Assembly (NCBI GenBank): GCA_000934665.2
Contig: KZ538055.1
Span: forward strand, 62,001-126,000
Source: Catajapyx aquilonaris
Lineage: Eukaryota
Direction of reading: 5' to 3'
Length of the DNA stretch: 64,000 nt
A program made the position numbers and the translations under genes. The notes under the pieces were generated by a model. It was not told where the DNA came from. It ran no database searches and saw only the letters and a program-made list of their open reading frames with translations. Positions 25,160 to 38,402 of the stretch are shown here, piece after piece. Position 1 is the first letter of the stretch. Each line of letters opens with the position of its first letter.

Positions 25160-27852
25160 ATGATGAATGGTCCCCGTCGGATACTCCTCCGATCCATTTG
25201 TCCCGGGCTCTCCTCCAGGGTCTTCTGGATGGTCCTCTTCACTATGCCGAGCCTGGATTTGGCCACGTCTAGAAGGATCAGGTTCGAGGAGGAAAGGCCC
25301 GAGCACCACTACCACTCAAGTCCATCGCTCATTGCCAGGGAGGCTCACTCCGGTCCTCTCAGGTACTATCAAGTGTGGACTCACACCCTAAGGACTTCCT
25401 CTTAATTAGAAGCTATTTAGTACAATTCATTATGTTAATGAGCTGTCTGCAGGGATTGTGATATTGCAGTTGGAAACCAGATAAAACATGCGCTCTTTGC
25501 ATAATTTTGCACACACTGGCATGATACAAGTGCTCGTATTGTCATTTGCGGGTGTGCAGCCGGAATGTTTGTCTAACAATTTGCGCTCTAAAACTACATG
25601 CTTTCAGTGGAGGCTTTATCTAAACAGCGGGAATGCATATACAATAGACTCTGAGCCAGCAGTCAACATTTGCAAAAAAAAAACACTTTTTTGGGGGGCC
25701 CAGTTGGCCAATTACCATATGACGTCACAGGCCAGCAGGAAAATACAATGGCGGGAAAACTGCCAGACAGACTCGGATTAAGTCATCCGAGCTACTCATT
25801 TCCAGAAATTAAGCCGAGTCGCGGAGTTGTGACTCTCTAGGGAGCTTTATACATATTTGATTTCGAGAAGCCTGGTTTTTTGGCTTGGAATCGGACTCTC
25901 TTTTTGGAAGCCGCCTAATGGCCGGGCTAAATAAGTCGGGAAAATTTCGGGTTCGAGTCCTCGAACCAAAACTCTGCTGCGAGCTGGATGAGGAGAGAGA
26001 ACTCAATTAAATCTAATTAGCCCCCGCATGCAGCATGACCTCTCTCATTAGGAGCGAACGTGTTTACACCCACCTGGAGGTAAACCCCGTTCATTAAACC
26101 CAAAGGGGGAGACTTTAATCCGGAGAAAATAACCGGACATTTTTCTCCATCAGGTTTGTGTTTTTATAGACTTTTTGTTGCTGAGGTAAATCCCCGTTAG
26201 TGAAACTATCACCGGTACATTCCCCCGCATTTTTATTTGTGTTTTAATGCATTTGGACCTTTTTTTCCGGTTTTCTGGCAGGGTAAATTCCCCGGTGAAA
26301 TTCAGTGACGTCATCGGTTACGATACTGGAATGCAAATTTTTATCCCCTCCGCAAACTGACTTTCCACCCGGAAAAGGTCATTTCAAAAGCTCGTTCTGA
26401 TTATTTGGAGATAGCAATGGCCTGCACGAAATCTGGACCATTTTGGGGGTGAGAATCAGGAGGCAAACACATGCAGACTTGAAAAGTTTAAAACGGGGCC
26501 GTTGTATGCTGGCAGGACGAGATAATAAGTGCTTGGAATCGATTGCCTGAACTGCCTCTCCAGCAGGCCGCAATCTGCGCTGTATTGGGTACTTTTTAGG
26601 CACTCTGTGCACATTATGTGTAAACTTGGCCCGTAATTGAGTTAGCATCTCTTTGAGGGACGTCAGCTGCCGATGCCGGGGAAAGGAAAATGCATTAAAA
26701 TGGAGGAAGAGGGAGAAAAAAGAGAGATGGATGATGATATGGGGGAAAATATGGCTTTTTGCATTAGGGGCTCGGGTTTGTAGGAGTGACATCAAAGTGT
26801 CAGGTAATAAATTTGGTGTTGGTCACCTGCTTCAGATTCGACGAGGAGCTGGCTCAGCTGCATGTTTCCGGGCGGAGGGATCACAACCCGATCCAGTTTC
26901 CGGGCCAGAGGAATGGACGTCACGAAGAAGCAGAAGAGCCTTATCTTCCGCCACCTGATTACGCCACTTCCTCCTCCAGTCGATACTCAGACTTATACCA
27001 GAGGGGTCCCAAAGGAGGTATATAGAGTAACACAATACCCAAGCACTAACGAGAGAGCTGCTTGCTACAAGGAAAGGCCGTGTCATATTCCGCCATATTC
27101 TAGGTCAGTTTGTGTTTGGAAAGGACAGCCTGGAGCCGACGCTTCAGGACGTGGACAGTTCGAGCACCAAGCCCCCGGACAGCAAAGATGATGAGCTGCA
27201 GCAGGATGGATACTCCAGTGGCGGCGGAGGCATCAACAAGGCTGATCTGAATGTGAAAAGGAGGATGGACAAACTGGACTACTATTTCGACACCCTGAGG
27301 GTCTACTCTGAGGACTGCAGACAGAGGCTGATCTGCGAGGTCTCCAGGGATAAAGACAAGTTCCATCCTCTCAGCGCCGTCTTGCTGGACGAAACGGAGT
27401 AAGTCCGGTCTCACTTGCTCATTATTATGATTATTTTGTCTACTTATTACCGATTCCATACTCATCAGTTACAAGGGAAGCTATCAGAACCTGGCATCGC
27501 GTCTCCTGGGCACGGCTCAGGGTGCCCGTCTCTTGTCCTACATCGAGGCTTCCTTCAGGGGACAGGACGGGTGAGTCATGATGCGCTCGTTTCCTGGGAT
27601 GAATCTCGTCGTGCGCAGTATAATAATAATCCCGAATGCCCTGGAAATAGGCAGGGAAGCATGGAAATCCTGCTGGTTATTATTGCTATACGCCCGGTTT
27701 TATTGTTATTGTTTCGCAGGAGCAGGCGATGCGACGCCTTCGAGTTCCGATGCCCTTCGAGCACAGAGGACATCATCAACTTCCAGTCGCTTCTGCTCTG
27801 GAGGGAAATGCTAAAGTGGCTCACTGTCAAGGTCATTGCCAAGGCGCCGTGA
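25160..27852 (+). CDS. DM4/DM12-family-like secreted protein, ~304 aa; coding exons 25160-25362, 26836-27017, 27104-27398, 27469-27570, 27720-27852
   Basis: All four introns are GT-AG with matching phases (2,1,2,2); total 915 nt. The N-terminus has a hydrophobic stretch (VFWMVLFTMPSLDLATS). The C-terminal region LDYYFDTLRVYSEDCRQRLICEV...LLSYIEASFRGQDGSRRCDAFEFRCP shows the C-x2-R-L-I-C-E ... Y-x2-A-x3-G ... C-x6-C pattern I recognise from arthropod DM4/DM12 proteins. The start codon (25160 vs 25163) is uncertain. Confidence 0.85.
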
Positions 27853-29488
27853 CCCCACATTTGCAGGATCATCATTGCCAGGGGAGGGGGAGGACTATGT
27901 ATAAATCCCTGACTCACACAGCTCGATTAATTGACTTCATTTTGGTTTAGTCCACGAGCTCCAGCCTTAATCCAGATTAATTCAACCCGACTGAAACTCA
28001 CTTCAGCCATGCTTATAGGTTTTGCATTAGAAAATCCAGAGGAATCTCTCTCTCACACACACACATTTGGGGAAATTATGATAAATGAATCTTGTCAAAA
28101 TAATTACAACGTGAAATAACTTACTTGAAATTCCGTTTGAACCATTCAAATCACATTTTGCACATTGGCTTTTTGCCTATTGTTGTCTCCCCCCCCCTCC
28201 TGGCCAAGCACTCAGTATTTTCGCGACAAGTGATATCTCATTCATGCACATGTGCTGTAGATGTCTTCTACTTGGTGGTAAACTATAGCTGCTGAAACAC
28301 ACTTTTCCTAGTCAGATATATTTCTACGCCGTTTAATCTGAGAGCAGTTCAAATCGTAGCTTAATTTTCTGAATTTCGATTCAAACTAACTGCTGCATTG
28401 CATCACTCGCCTTCGTACTCTTAACAACTAGTGGCCATAATCAGATGCCATAATGCTGTAATGTGCCTTGTTACTGCGGTAATGTTGTCACTAACTCGTC
28501 AGTCTGCCTAATGTCAATTCAATATAGCTATAGACTTTCCGTTCATGACACGTCTCAAAACATTGCACATTCGAGGAGTACATTTCGTTTCAAAAATTTA
28601 CTGCTAGATCTAATCCAGGATATGAAATGAAGAGTTACAATAAACGAGTAAAATACAAACGACTTGTAACAATGCATCCCACTGATTACATCACGCCTGA
28701 CATTTTCATTTTATCAGAAACTACTGATGGGGGGTAAGTATTGCATGTTTCTATTAACTAAACGAACTTTTCACTCGTATATATGATCAGTGAAAGTGGA
28801 CTGGTTGAATAGGGACCTGGAAATTAATAGGACTAACTAAATGAAGTTGAGGGATTTCGTTGAATTTGCTGTTAAAAACTCATAATTACTTCCTGTGAAA
28901 TAATTTTATAGCAATAAAAGCCCATCTCCTTTCATTAACTTTGCTGCGTTTCAACCTCGTTTTCATATTTCTGGTCAGGGGAACTATGAAAGGAGCGTGG
29001 TAATAACCTACAGTACATTAATCAATTTTCGTTAGAGATGTGACACTTGAACCAGTCAATTTCTTGAATGGCAGAGTTTTTCTGCTCTCAAAATGTAATC
29101 GTGTAATTCGACGGACCTGCGACTTTACGTGAAAGTAACAATCGCATTAATCATAATTTCTCAAGAAACTTTCCTTTCCGATTGATTACTTCCAGTTTTT
29201 CGAGGTCACCTCGTCCATTTTTTATATATATTCCGAGCACTAACAATGCCTGGAGAGTGTGGTCATTACTTTAAGTAGCAACCTTAAACTTTGGGTCGGA
29301 ATCCTCTTGTCGGCCATAGGACGAACCTGTTATGGACTCGGGTAAAAAAAATGATATTTTAGAAAGTATGGCATAAACTATTTTATGCTGTACTGCACTG
29401 AAGAATCACTGCATTAGACCAGGTCCATATTCAGCAACTTTATGCCCCGGAAGGCATATATATGGGCACACTCTGACCTTTTTCCTAT

Positions 29489-29510
29489 CTCTCTCTCTCT
29501 CTCTCTCTCT
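29489..29510. repeat. (CT)11 microsatellite
   Basis: Read directly. Confidence 0.9.
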
Positions 29511-32500
29511 TTCTGGAGCAGGCAGCTCCTTTCTGATAATTCATTTGCCTTTCCCTTCGCCTAACAATGGGCGTCGAAATTCGGTCCAACTGCGGTGACA
29601 GCATGCATTGTGCTCACAGGAGAGTCGCTGAATATGGAGCGGTTCATCAAGCATCTCGCACTGTTCCCATCAACAAACAAGCACCTCAACCAGGTTACCC
29701 TTGTAATTTTTTGGGCGCTTGGTGCTATAATTTTTGTGGGGACAATTTTGCCTCCCCCAACTTCTCTCTGGCTGTGTGTTTGCTCGTTGAATCATCCGGG
29801 CTATCCGGTCCGCATGATGTGCTTTCAGTTCATTATTAATCCTGAACGAGTACGGATAATGAGACGTCATGCTCGACACTGGGCCGAATCTGTCAACTGA
29901 TCTCCCTGCACACACACGGAACCAGTTTTCGTCCTACATTGTCGCTGTCCTACTCGTCGTATATGCAGCATGTAACGCCGTCGGGGGCTTAAATATTGCA
30001 TGCTTGGAATTCTAAACAAGGACCAGAAAGTGTTTATGTACGGTATACAAAGTGCCCAAGTCCGTAATAGTCAAACAATAGCTAGGCAAGTTTCATGCAA
30101 TTTAAAGAGGAGCAACTGGTCCTTGTGTCATTGTTGCTTCTCTTTAAACTGGTCGCGACGGTGTGGAAAATCCCCAATACGTTGGACTGTAGGATTGGGC
30201 GGTGCTGGCAATTTATTCGGATTATTGCGACACCGACATAGCCTAATTAGGACTAATTTAACCTAGGGACAATTTTACGTTATGCATGTAAATTATGCTG
30301 GGAGTCCTGGGAGTCCTGGGACTATTCGTTTGGGTCTCATGACTTCATTAGGACTGGTTAGGTACAAAGAGGAAATAATATTGTTCCCAGGGACCATTTA
30401 ATTGTCGTTTTAAGGTTGCTGATATTTTGAGAGTGCAGAAGCTCCCCGGAGAGAAAAATAAGATGACGTCGTAACATGGCTCACTGAATAATTTTCCCCT
30501 CGACCCGTCGCAATTTTGTCTATTATGATGTGATCCTGTGAGACGGAAAAGTGGAATAAAGGACCAGCAGTGCCCAACGGTCATTACGCTTCATTCTCAG
30601 CACAGCTCTTTAATTATACGCTCACTGTTATGTACACGTAAAAAAAATTGTCGTCTGCAGAAAGATTGCCAAGAGATACGTGACTTTTAGATGTCGGGGA
30701 AAAATAAAAAGGGCTTGCCCTTCAGATTCCATCAAATTGTCATTCGCAGGACTGTTGGTTTCCTTCAACTACGACTTAATGCACTCTAATAAATTCGACT
30801 TCAATATTTCCGACTAGACATGTATGCTCTATTGCCTAGATTCCATTCCATATTCCACGTGTAGTCAATGAAATGCAAGCTGTGTTTTCGAAGGTTGTTA
30901 CTTCTTGATTCCATTATTCTCCTGCTTTATGTCAGTCGGTACCGGTATGAACCTGAAGTACTACTGGCACAAAGAGGGCTTGCAGAAGGCCTATAAAGTA
31001 AAATGGCCCAATTTCCTGTCAATATCTGACCATTGCACACATTCCGTGAGTCACGACACATGCATATTAGGCCAATTTGGAGCTATAAAAACGGGGGAAA
31101 TAATCTAATTATGTTGGTCTAGTACTATACTTGTGGTTTAAAATGGTCGCCTGGACAATGATGATCCATTCCTGCATTGTTATAGCGACCGAGTGTCATC
31201 ACAGCATGCATGGACAATACCCAATGTCCAGTACAATATGTTTTTAAAATATGTCATTCCTCTCCGGCAGTTTGTCATAATCTGAAACACTCTGTACTCT
31301 ACCAGTATCTGCATGAGAAGGTAGAGCTTTCTGAAGCATCAGGCATTTGATTTATGACGGTTCTGTGCTAATGACTGCAATTAAATGAAAAGGAAGTCAG
31401 GAGCATGGAGATGTCCAAACAATGCCTGATTCTCTATTCCATGCAAAATACTTAAGCTTCCTGGAGCATTATTTGCGCCAGTGCTGCATAAATGAGAGCA
31501 GTTGTTGAGGGAGACAAAACCTGCAAGTGGAAAGAGCGAAAGTTCACCAAGAAGTCTTTCTACTGCAGCAGCGGGATGGGAAGTGAATGACAAATGAGAC
31601 ACGAGAGAGCCGTATAGAGGAAAGGCGACTCTCCGGGTCTGGAGAGTCAGAAATTATTATATTTTGCGAATAAACGCGACAGACTACATTCGACCTTAGT
31701 ATGTTCAATTTGTCAAAACCAGTTGCTACAGTCTAGAGTGTCAACTTTTTTCCGTCAACATGCTCAGTTTTTCGATTGTGCTCTATACTGCATGTGTGTA
31801 GTGAGATTACATCTGGTGCAATTTAACAGTGGGATGAATTTGTTGGACGTTGGAATATCCATAATATTATTGCGAGTCCCGGAAATGGGTCTGCTTGTGT
31901 CCAGGTGCAGTACAGTTTAGTGGTTTTGAGCCCATCAGTCTCAGTAGAACCCGCTTCATCCGAGGCCAGCATTTCCGGGGAATTGTTCCGGCTGCATTTG
32001 CAACACCAGTGTAGTTTCGGCCCGGTTTCAGCATATAAGAAGGTTGGTGATGGCATAGGAATAAGGGAGGAAAATTCAGTTCCATACGTGGCTAGAGATA
32101 AAGAGATGAGCTATATAGGATAAAGGGGCTGGGAGAGGGAAGATCCGGCCTTGTCTGCTTCAAATGACGCAGATGTACTTAATCCCAGAGATTTTTGTGG
32201 CATTGTGCCATTCAACGTGCGCGTAATTATAAAGTAACGAGAGTGGAACTTCTTGTTCATCATCATGATTTATTTGAAGATCTGACTGGCGGAATGAGCA
32301 GTCCTTATAGAGCTGGGTAATATTGCAGTTCTTGACAACTTCAGTTTTGATGGCCAAGTCAACCTTTCACTACACCAATTATTATTACACTACACTTGAG
32401 AAATTAATGTTTGAAAATAAGGGATCCCTGGTATGTACAGTATAATGTACGGTATATTGTACAAACTTCAAATCCTCATATCTCAAAAGAATTCAATTAT

Positions 32501-32541
32501 AATTTGGATCGTTCTGCCGCTGTAAATGCCCACAAATTGTA

Positions 32542-33177
32542 CAGGGTGTTCACAATGAACCTCCCTAGTATTAACTTGATACTATTACGCAAGTTACTGT
32601 AATACGAGTTTATTGATTGTACAAATGAGAAGGGACACCCACCAAGTTTATGTAAAAAAAAATCAGTAGCTTTCCACGTGTGCTCCGTTAGTAGCAAGCA
32701 TAATTTTAATCTTAAAATCTCCCTCCCCCGAGGTTCTCTCCAGCATGTCAAAGGTGATGGAGGACACGTCATTTGTTGGGCTGTCCACTTTAGTTGCCCA
32801 GACTCCGCCTTGGAGTTGTGGTAAGGCGAAATGCCCAGCATGTCCAGCAGCACTTCTGTGATGGACTTCAGCTCGGTTAACCAGCACACAACTTGCGCTT
32901 TTCCCTCTGTATAGATGCCATGTTTGCATCTTCCGACAGCATCCCCCACAGGAGCACCACTGCATCACATAGGCCGTTCCAAACATTCAGGATGAAAGTT
33001 GTGGACATCTGCAGTCAGTTAACCTTTGCCACGTTGTGATTCTTTTCTCGCTCTACCACAGTTTCCGGCATTACCGGCTTGACATACACCATCCATCATT
33101 AACAAACTCTGCTTTATATAATTATAAGGATAATTTAAAAACAAAGAGTGGTTTACCAATCTCTTGAACACTTTCTA
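32542..33177 (-). mobile_element. Internally deleted, decayed Tc1/mariner element with transposase N- and C-terminal remnants
   Basis: Terminus TA-CAGGGTGTTCACAA at 32540-32555. The minus strand encodes KAQVVCWLTELKSITEV (like the DUF4817-type HTH start, EKAQCVLWFxExKSxTxVQ) and, ~100 nt later, VSSITFDMLERT...ATNGAHVESY* (like the ITxDMLxRV...ATNGAHIE transposase C-terminus). The DDD core is missing. The other end (TTGAACACTTTC-TA, ~33165-33178) is degenerate, so that boundary is tentative. Confidence 0.75.
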
Positions 33178-36100
33178 GAGTTTGGAAGTGAGGCGGACAT
33201 TAGGGAAATCTACCCCTATAATGAAATTGCACTTCAAAAAATAATCGGGCTCACTTTTAATAAGCACTGGATTAATTTCTTGTGGGGCAAAAGGAGGCAA
33301 AAAACTGCCGGTCCTTTCAGAATATTAGGTGGAAGTATTTCATCGTCAAATTTATGAGGCCAGAGACGGATTCGGGATGAATTTCCAAATTACACGAGCC
33401 ATCCTTTTTTAAAGGGACGATATACCACTTGCAAAGGGGCGATATCTGTTGTATTGTTCAAAATTTTATGAAATACGAGTAGTTTCTACAATATGCACCG
33501 GAACCAAAAATGTCCCCAAATTATAAGCTAGTACTTTAAACCCATACACTCTTGCATTTATTACCTAACTATATCTGTGCTATCCGTTCATCGCACGGGG
33601 GGAAAGTGCGGATGTTTATTTTTATTTAATTTCATTTACGCCTCTCTGGGCCGTAACGACCCCTTTGGGGGCAGATGTTTATGCAGAGATCTTATCGAGC
33701 AATATTAAACGTAGAAATCCTCATTTTCTTGCATATGCAGGTACTGGAAGGGTGTCAAAATTCTGGTTAGTTTGCGTAATAAAGAGCCAAGCACCTACGG
33801 CTATATCTGGCTATGACGAGAAGGCACAAAGGTGGTGACAAAAACGAAGATGAAAATGGAACGAAGGAACCGCATGTTTGCTTATATGCGCGGAAGAAAG
33901 TTTCCCCAATGATTTATGTACCAGTAGCCTGTACTTTACCAGTACCATTTCCAACACTGCATGGTTCTGCGAAGCTAGCAGTAACTACCAGCAGTAGTGG
34001 GACGAAAATTCCATCCGTGCATTATTCCGTTTACTGCACTATATTGTACCTTCATGGAATATTTACCTCAATTGCCCCGTTGAGTCGCAGGCTTTACGTG
34101 TTCATTTTATGTTTCCATATTTTTACGGGTTGGTACGCCTCAAATGAAAAAAGCTTAGCATACATCATCGTACAGGAACCGTGTCCTACATGCATATATT
34201 GGAGGGTAATGCACACATACACTCCCAGGCGGCCATACTCTCTCGCATAAAGCCTCCCAAAAATTACGGTTGAAAATGCGCCACCCTGTCTAAAGTGCCA
34301 GAGAATTGCGCCAACACCTACCCTTTCCAACCCAAAGAGAGAGAGAGAGAGATAAAGAGAGAGATTGGTCCACATGGTGCTTTTAATCCTGACAACAGAG
34401 GCTTACACGCACAGCAAAGCATACAAATTACACAAAGCAGACATGTGCCGACACATTGCCGATTTCGGGATACGATACAATCGGAAAAGCTCAGTGCATC
34501 AGATGAATCACTAATGCTGGTGACTTACTAGTGAACCCTTTGCAAAAATGTGGCCAAAATATAATCAGTATGACAGTGACAATCAAACGACTTTAATGAG
34601 ATGGCCCGTCGATTTACCACGTAGTACTAATCTTGACCCAAAGATGGCGCATACTCCCTCTGATGCACACTCCTCAGATCGTGCGAGAGATAGCGGCACT
34701 ATCAGGTCGGACAAACATCCGACGGAGAATAAGCTTATTAGGAGGAAGATTGTCCATCGATACCAGGTGTTTCGTGATTCTTCAGCTTCTGGGTTGGTTC
34801 CTGGGCATCATGTATCTCAGTAACTATAGACATCAAGTGATCCTGCGGTTCCAGGGACGTCGTTTGTCTGAATCACCCAACACCTGATGGTAGGCTATAA
34901 TACCACTCGGGAATTCTGCCGATTCAATTAGTAGCCTATAAAAGGGCAATCCTAGGAGTAGGAAGTGAAGCGAAGACATCCGAATCCAGCCGAGCGAGGT
35001 GTGCGGATTCCTGCTTAATTAATCGTTAGTCAACTTGCCACGCAAACTATTCAAACAAATATTAGGGTTGTATTCCAGCAGCGACGGAAGTGAAGATGTT
35101 ACTTTAACAGGCTGGGTTTGTTACGCAAGAGTCGGATTTATAATAGTCTGTATAGCCGCCTCGCCGGCTACAATCTTCTGAGTGGAGTTTAGTGGCGCCC
35201 ATTGTCGACAAGACAGGACCAGAAGCAGCAATTACATGCGTCGGTCTGTGCTATAGACTCGGGTGGTTTCGAAACATACGCAAACCAAAGTCATGAGATA
35301 AGTATCGGCGGATACGAATAGGAAAATCTCACATTAATCAGTCATTATTATTGTTGCTTCTCTTTCAAAACGACAACACCATCATCAACAATGGCGACAT
35401 GATCACTATCCCAAACTTTCCTCTCCAAATGTGTCAAACACATGCGTTGAGGCATGAGAAAAAGAGTATATAGGCTACTATGAACTGATAGTTATGTTAT
35501 AGTTTCTGCCAGCTGAAAAAGAGGAGGCATGGCTTTTTTTCTTGGTGGACCATCCGTGCAGGAGTTACAATGCAATTTTAATTAAAAGTGAGTGCTCATT
35601 GATGTGGCAGCTTGTTGACGAGACAATGGAAACTGCGATATGCTTGATACGGATAAAATACATGTTGCACTCTTTAATTAAATAGCTCTATAATGATGTC
35701 ACTAATAATGAGACTGCTGCCAGCAACAAACAATACCTGGACAGTACATAACACGATCCCCTATATGGGCAAGAACTCACCCTAGAACGTTGTCAGAATA
35801 TATTACTATGAAACACTATTATGCATGTAGATGTGACAAGATTGATTGGTAACAATCCTTCCTGTACTGCAGGGACAACCAGAACTAAAATATGACTCGG
35901 TTTTGATTACAGGGTTGATGAAGTGTGGATATTTCCATCCATCGTGTCTGATTCGCAGTACCTAAGTGAGTCGCAATTAACTGGGGAGCAAGTATGAAAC
36001 ATACTCTGTGTATTTCGTGAATTGTAATCATTGAGTTGAAACAATCTGGTATCCAAAATTGGTCCAGCTCAACACGTCATCTCGTAATGAAATCACGTCC

Positions 36101-38286
36101 TCTCTACCAGCATGTACGAGAATATTATACACTGTATATCCTCCGGAGAGAATTTGGTGCCTTGCAAGTTATTTCAAAGGGATTCGCAATATCACGCATG
36201 GAATTTTGATAATAAAGGGCTTGTAATCTTGTGAGTAGAACGTTGAGCAAATCCCGTTATAATAATTATGAAGGCTGCAACAAGCTTTCTTTGTACGTTG
36301 AGGCCATGATCAAAAGTTTGGGTCATATCTGATGGATAATTGCACTGCATAAGGCAGCTGTCTCAACAAGTTAAAGTGAAGGATCACTGTAGGCTGAGAA
36401 GCAGGCATCGTTAATCCTTGATATAATGAGGGCAGAGAGATAATTGATGCGGATTTTTAAATAAAACCTCATGATCCATGTTAATTTCAGTTTCGTCACA
36501 TGTCCCATGCTCAGCTGCTCCCATCCTGCTGGTTATGCCTCCCGCCTGATCACCTCTCAGGATCATCCATGTTGCTGAGACCATTTTGCACCAAAAGGCC
36601 AGCGCAGTGAGTATTATACTGTACATGTGGCGTACAGTCATTTGTATCCTTAAAATGCAGGAAGTACGTGTGACTTTTAAAAGGATTGGCTTTTTCAAAT
36701 TATTTGAAGCTTACATTTCTAACCATTTTCACTCACGGTGGTTTTGTCAGCTCCGTGCTGGACGCCACGGTGCCATTTGTTCAGCAAGTTATGTCCACCA
36801 GTGGCTCAGAACTAATATTAGTGCAGGGCAGGCGGCAGAGCCGATTTTTTTTTAAAGTCTAGTATACACGAAAGCACAGACAAGCATCGAAACCTAGCAG
36901 TGTGGAAAAGTTGGAAAAACGTATCACAAGCTGACATTTTATGTGATGTGCTGCTGAGCTCCAGTCCTATCAAATGGAGATAAATATTACGCACTGTGAA
37001 AACATTGCACGTAAATGAAGATTTTTCACCCATAAGTGGATCCTGCGAATAAAGCCCTCTGCGCTCTCAGGATCCAATGTCCAAAATATAAGAAACAGAA
37101 TTTGATGCATCTTGATGCAATATATATCCCGCTTGCATTTCGAATCCTCCCTGCATCCCTAGATACGTCCGTGAGGGATTCAGAAGCAATTTTGTACCTT
37201 TTCCCTAGTCAACTGGTCCACATCAATCACTCGCAGGCCTATACAAATGTCTTCTTCTCCAGGAGATCCGAGTTGACATGTAATTGTGTACAGGTCTGTG
37301 CCTGGAGCGATGATGACGGGACCCTTTTAAAGTTGCCGTTACGGGGTACAAGGGGTGTATATAGCAGGATTTTGCCATTACAGTGTTAAGTGAATGAAGG
37401 AGGAGGAATTAATGGAATCTGCGCCAGAGTCAGCTGCTTTATTGGGCCATCAATTATCCGGTTCGCTGAACACACCTGCCGGTAAAGAGGAAACAATCTA
37501 GATACTCTAGCCAGGTCTTTAAAGGATTCCCTCGGTTTTACTGTATATGTATGCATAATTATAGAGTTGGGATATGTATTCATTGACGTAATCCTCGCAG
37601 ATTTCCCTTCCTGTACACTGTATACACGACGCGTCTGCTTACCACAAAATTGCCTTAGGCGTGAACCTTCTACAGTTTCAAGCAGATTGCTTCATCTGAA
37701 CTTTAATTGCGAAACCTCACAAACGTGTACAGGGGATTAATTCCACAGCAGTTAGGTAAAATCCACTGCAGAAATAACGAATCACCTGCGCTCTTTAAAT
37801 CCGGATTTAGGTTAAGGCCACAATCCTCTTAAAATCAGCAGATGCTTAGCTGGTACTTACTTGAAACATAGTGTAATTAGCACATGAAAATACAGGACTA
37901 AGCAACAAGGGAAACCACATCTCACAGACATTCTGCTTGATGCACGACTCGATTTCGTACTAAAACGCAGGCTGCTGCAGTAACGAGTAGTTAAGTATAG
38001 TATAGAATTAAAGCCGAGTCGAGGTTGACCGATAAACTATGCCTGGGCATAGTCTGATGCCAATGATATAAATTGAGTGGGATTCTCTCTGCCACAACCA
38101 AGTATTTGAAAGGGCGAATGAACAGTATTATTGGCCAGAACGGGTGCACACTCGTTTGAATAATAGTTCCCATGGGAACAGTATGTTTCACATTAGCCTT
38201 CATTTACACTTTTACAGGCTGTTTTTGGAACTTCACGCAGGATTCACACACAAAAACAATCTGATTCATAAAAAGTCGCACTCTCG

Positions 38287-38402
38287 TGCCCGATTTCACC
38301 AACGAAATTACCGATTCGATAGACTCCTAACAGATCGTCAGCACACTTTAAAAAGGGTGTCCTGAGCTTTCGAATCGGTAATTTCGTTGCTGCAATTGGG
38401 CA
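38287..38402. repeat. Inverted repeat, ~39-bp arms with ~37-bp spacer
   Basis: TGCCCGATTTCACCAACGAAATTACCGATTCGATAGACTC versus GAGCTTTCGAATCGGTAATTTCGTTGCTGCAATTGGGCA; the core CAACGAAATTACCGATTCGA is perfectly complementary. Confidence 0.85.

Noticed and set aside
25940..25970. GGTTCGAGTCC T-loop/B-box-like motif
   Set aside because: No cloverleaf or A box upstream; not a tRNA.
35192..35200. TGGCGCCCA, like a tRNA-Lys primer-binding site
   Set aside because: Only 9 nt, not preceded by an LTR-terminal CA, and no gag/pol or second LTR.
36411..36650. Minus-strand MYSIILTALAFWCKMVSA, signal-peptide-like
   Set aside because: Downstream sequence has no recognisable features or strong donor; compatible with chance.
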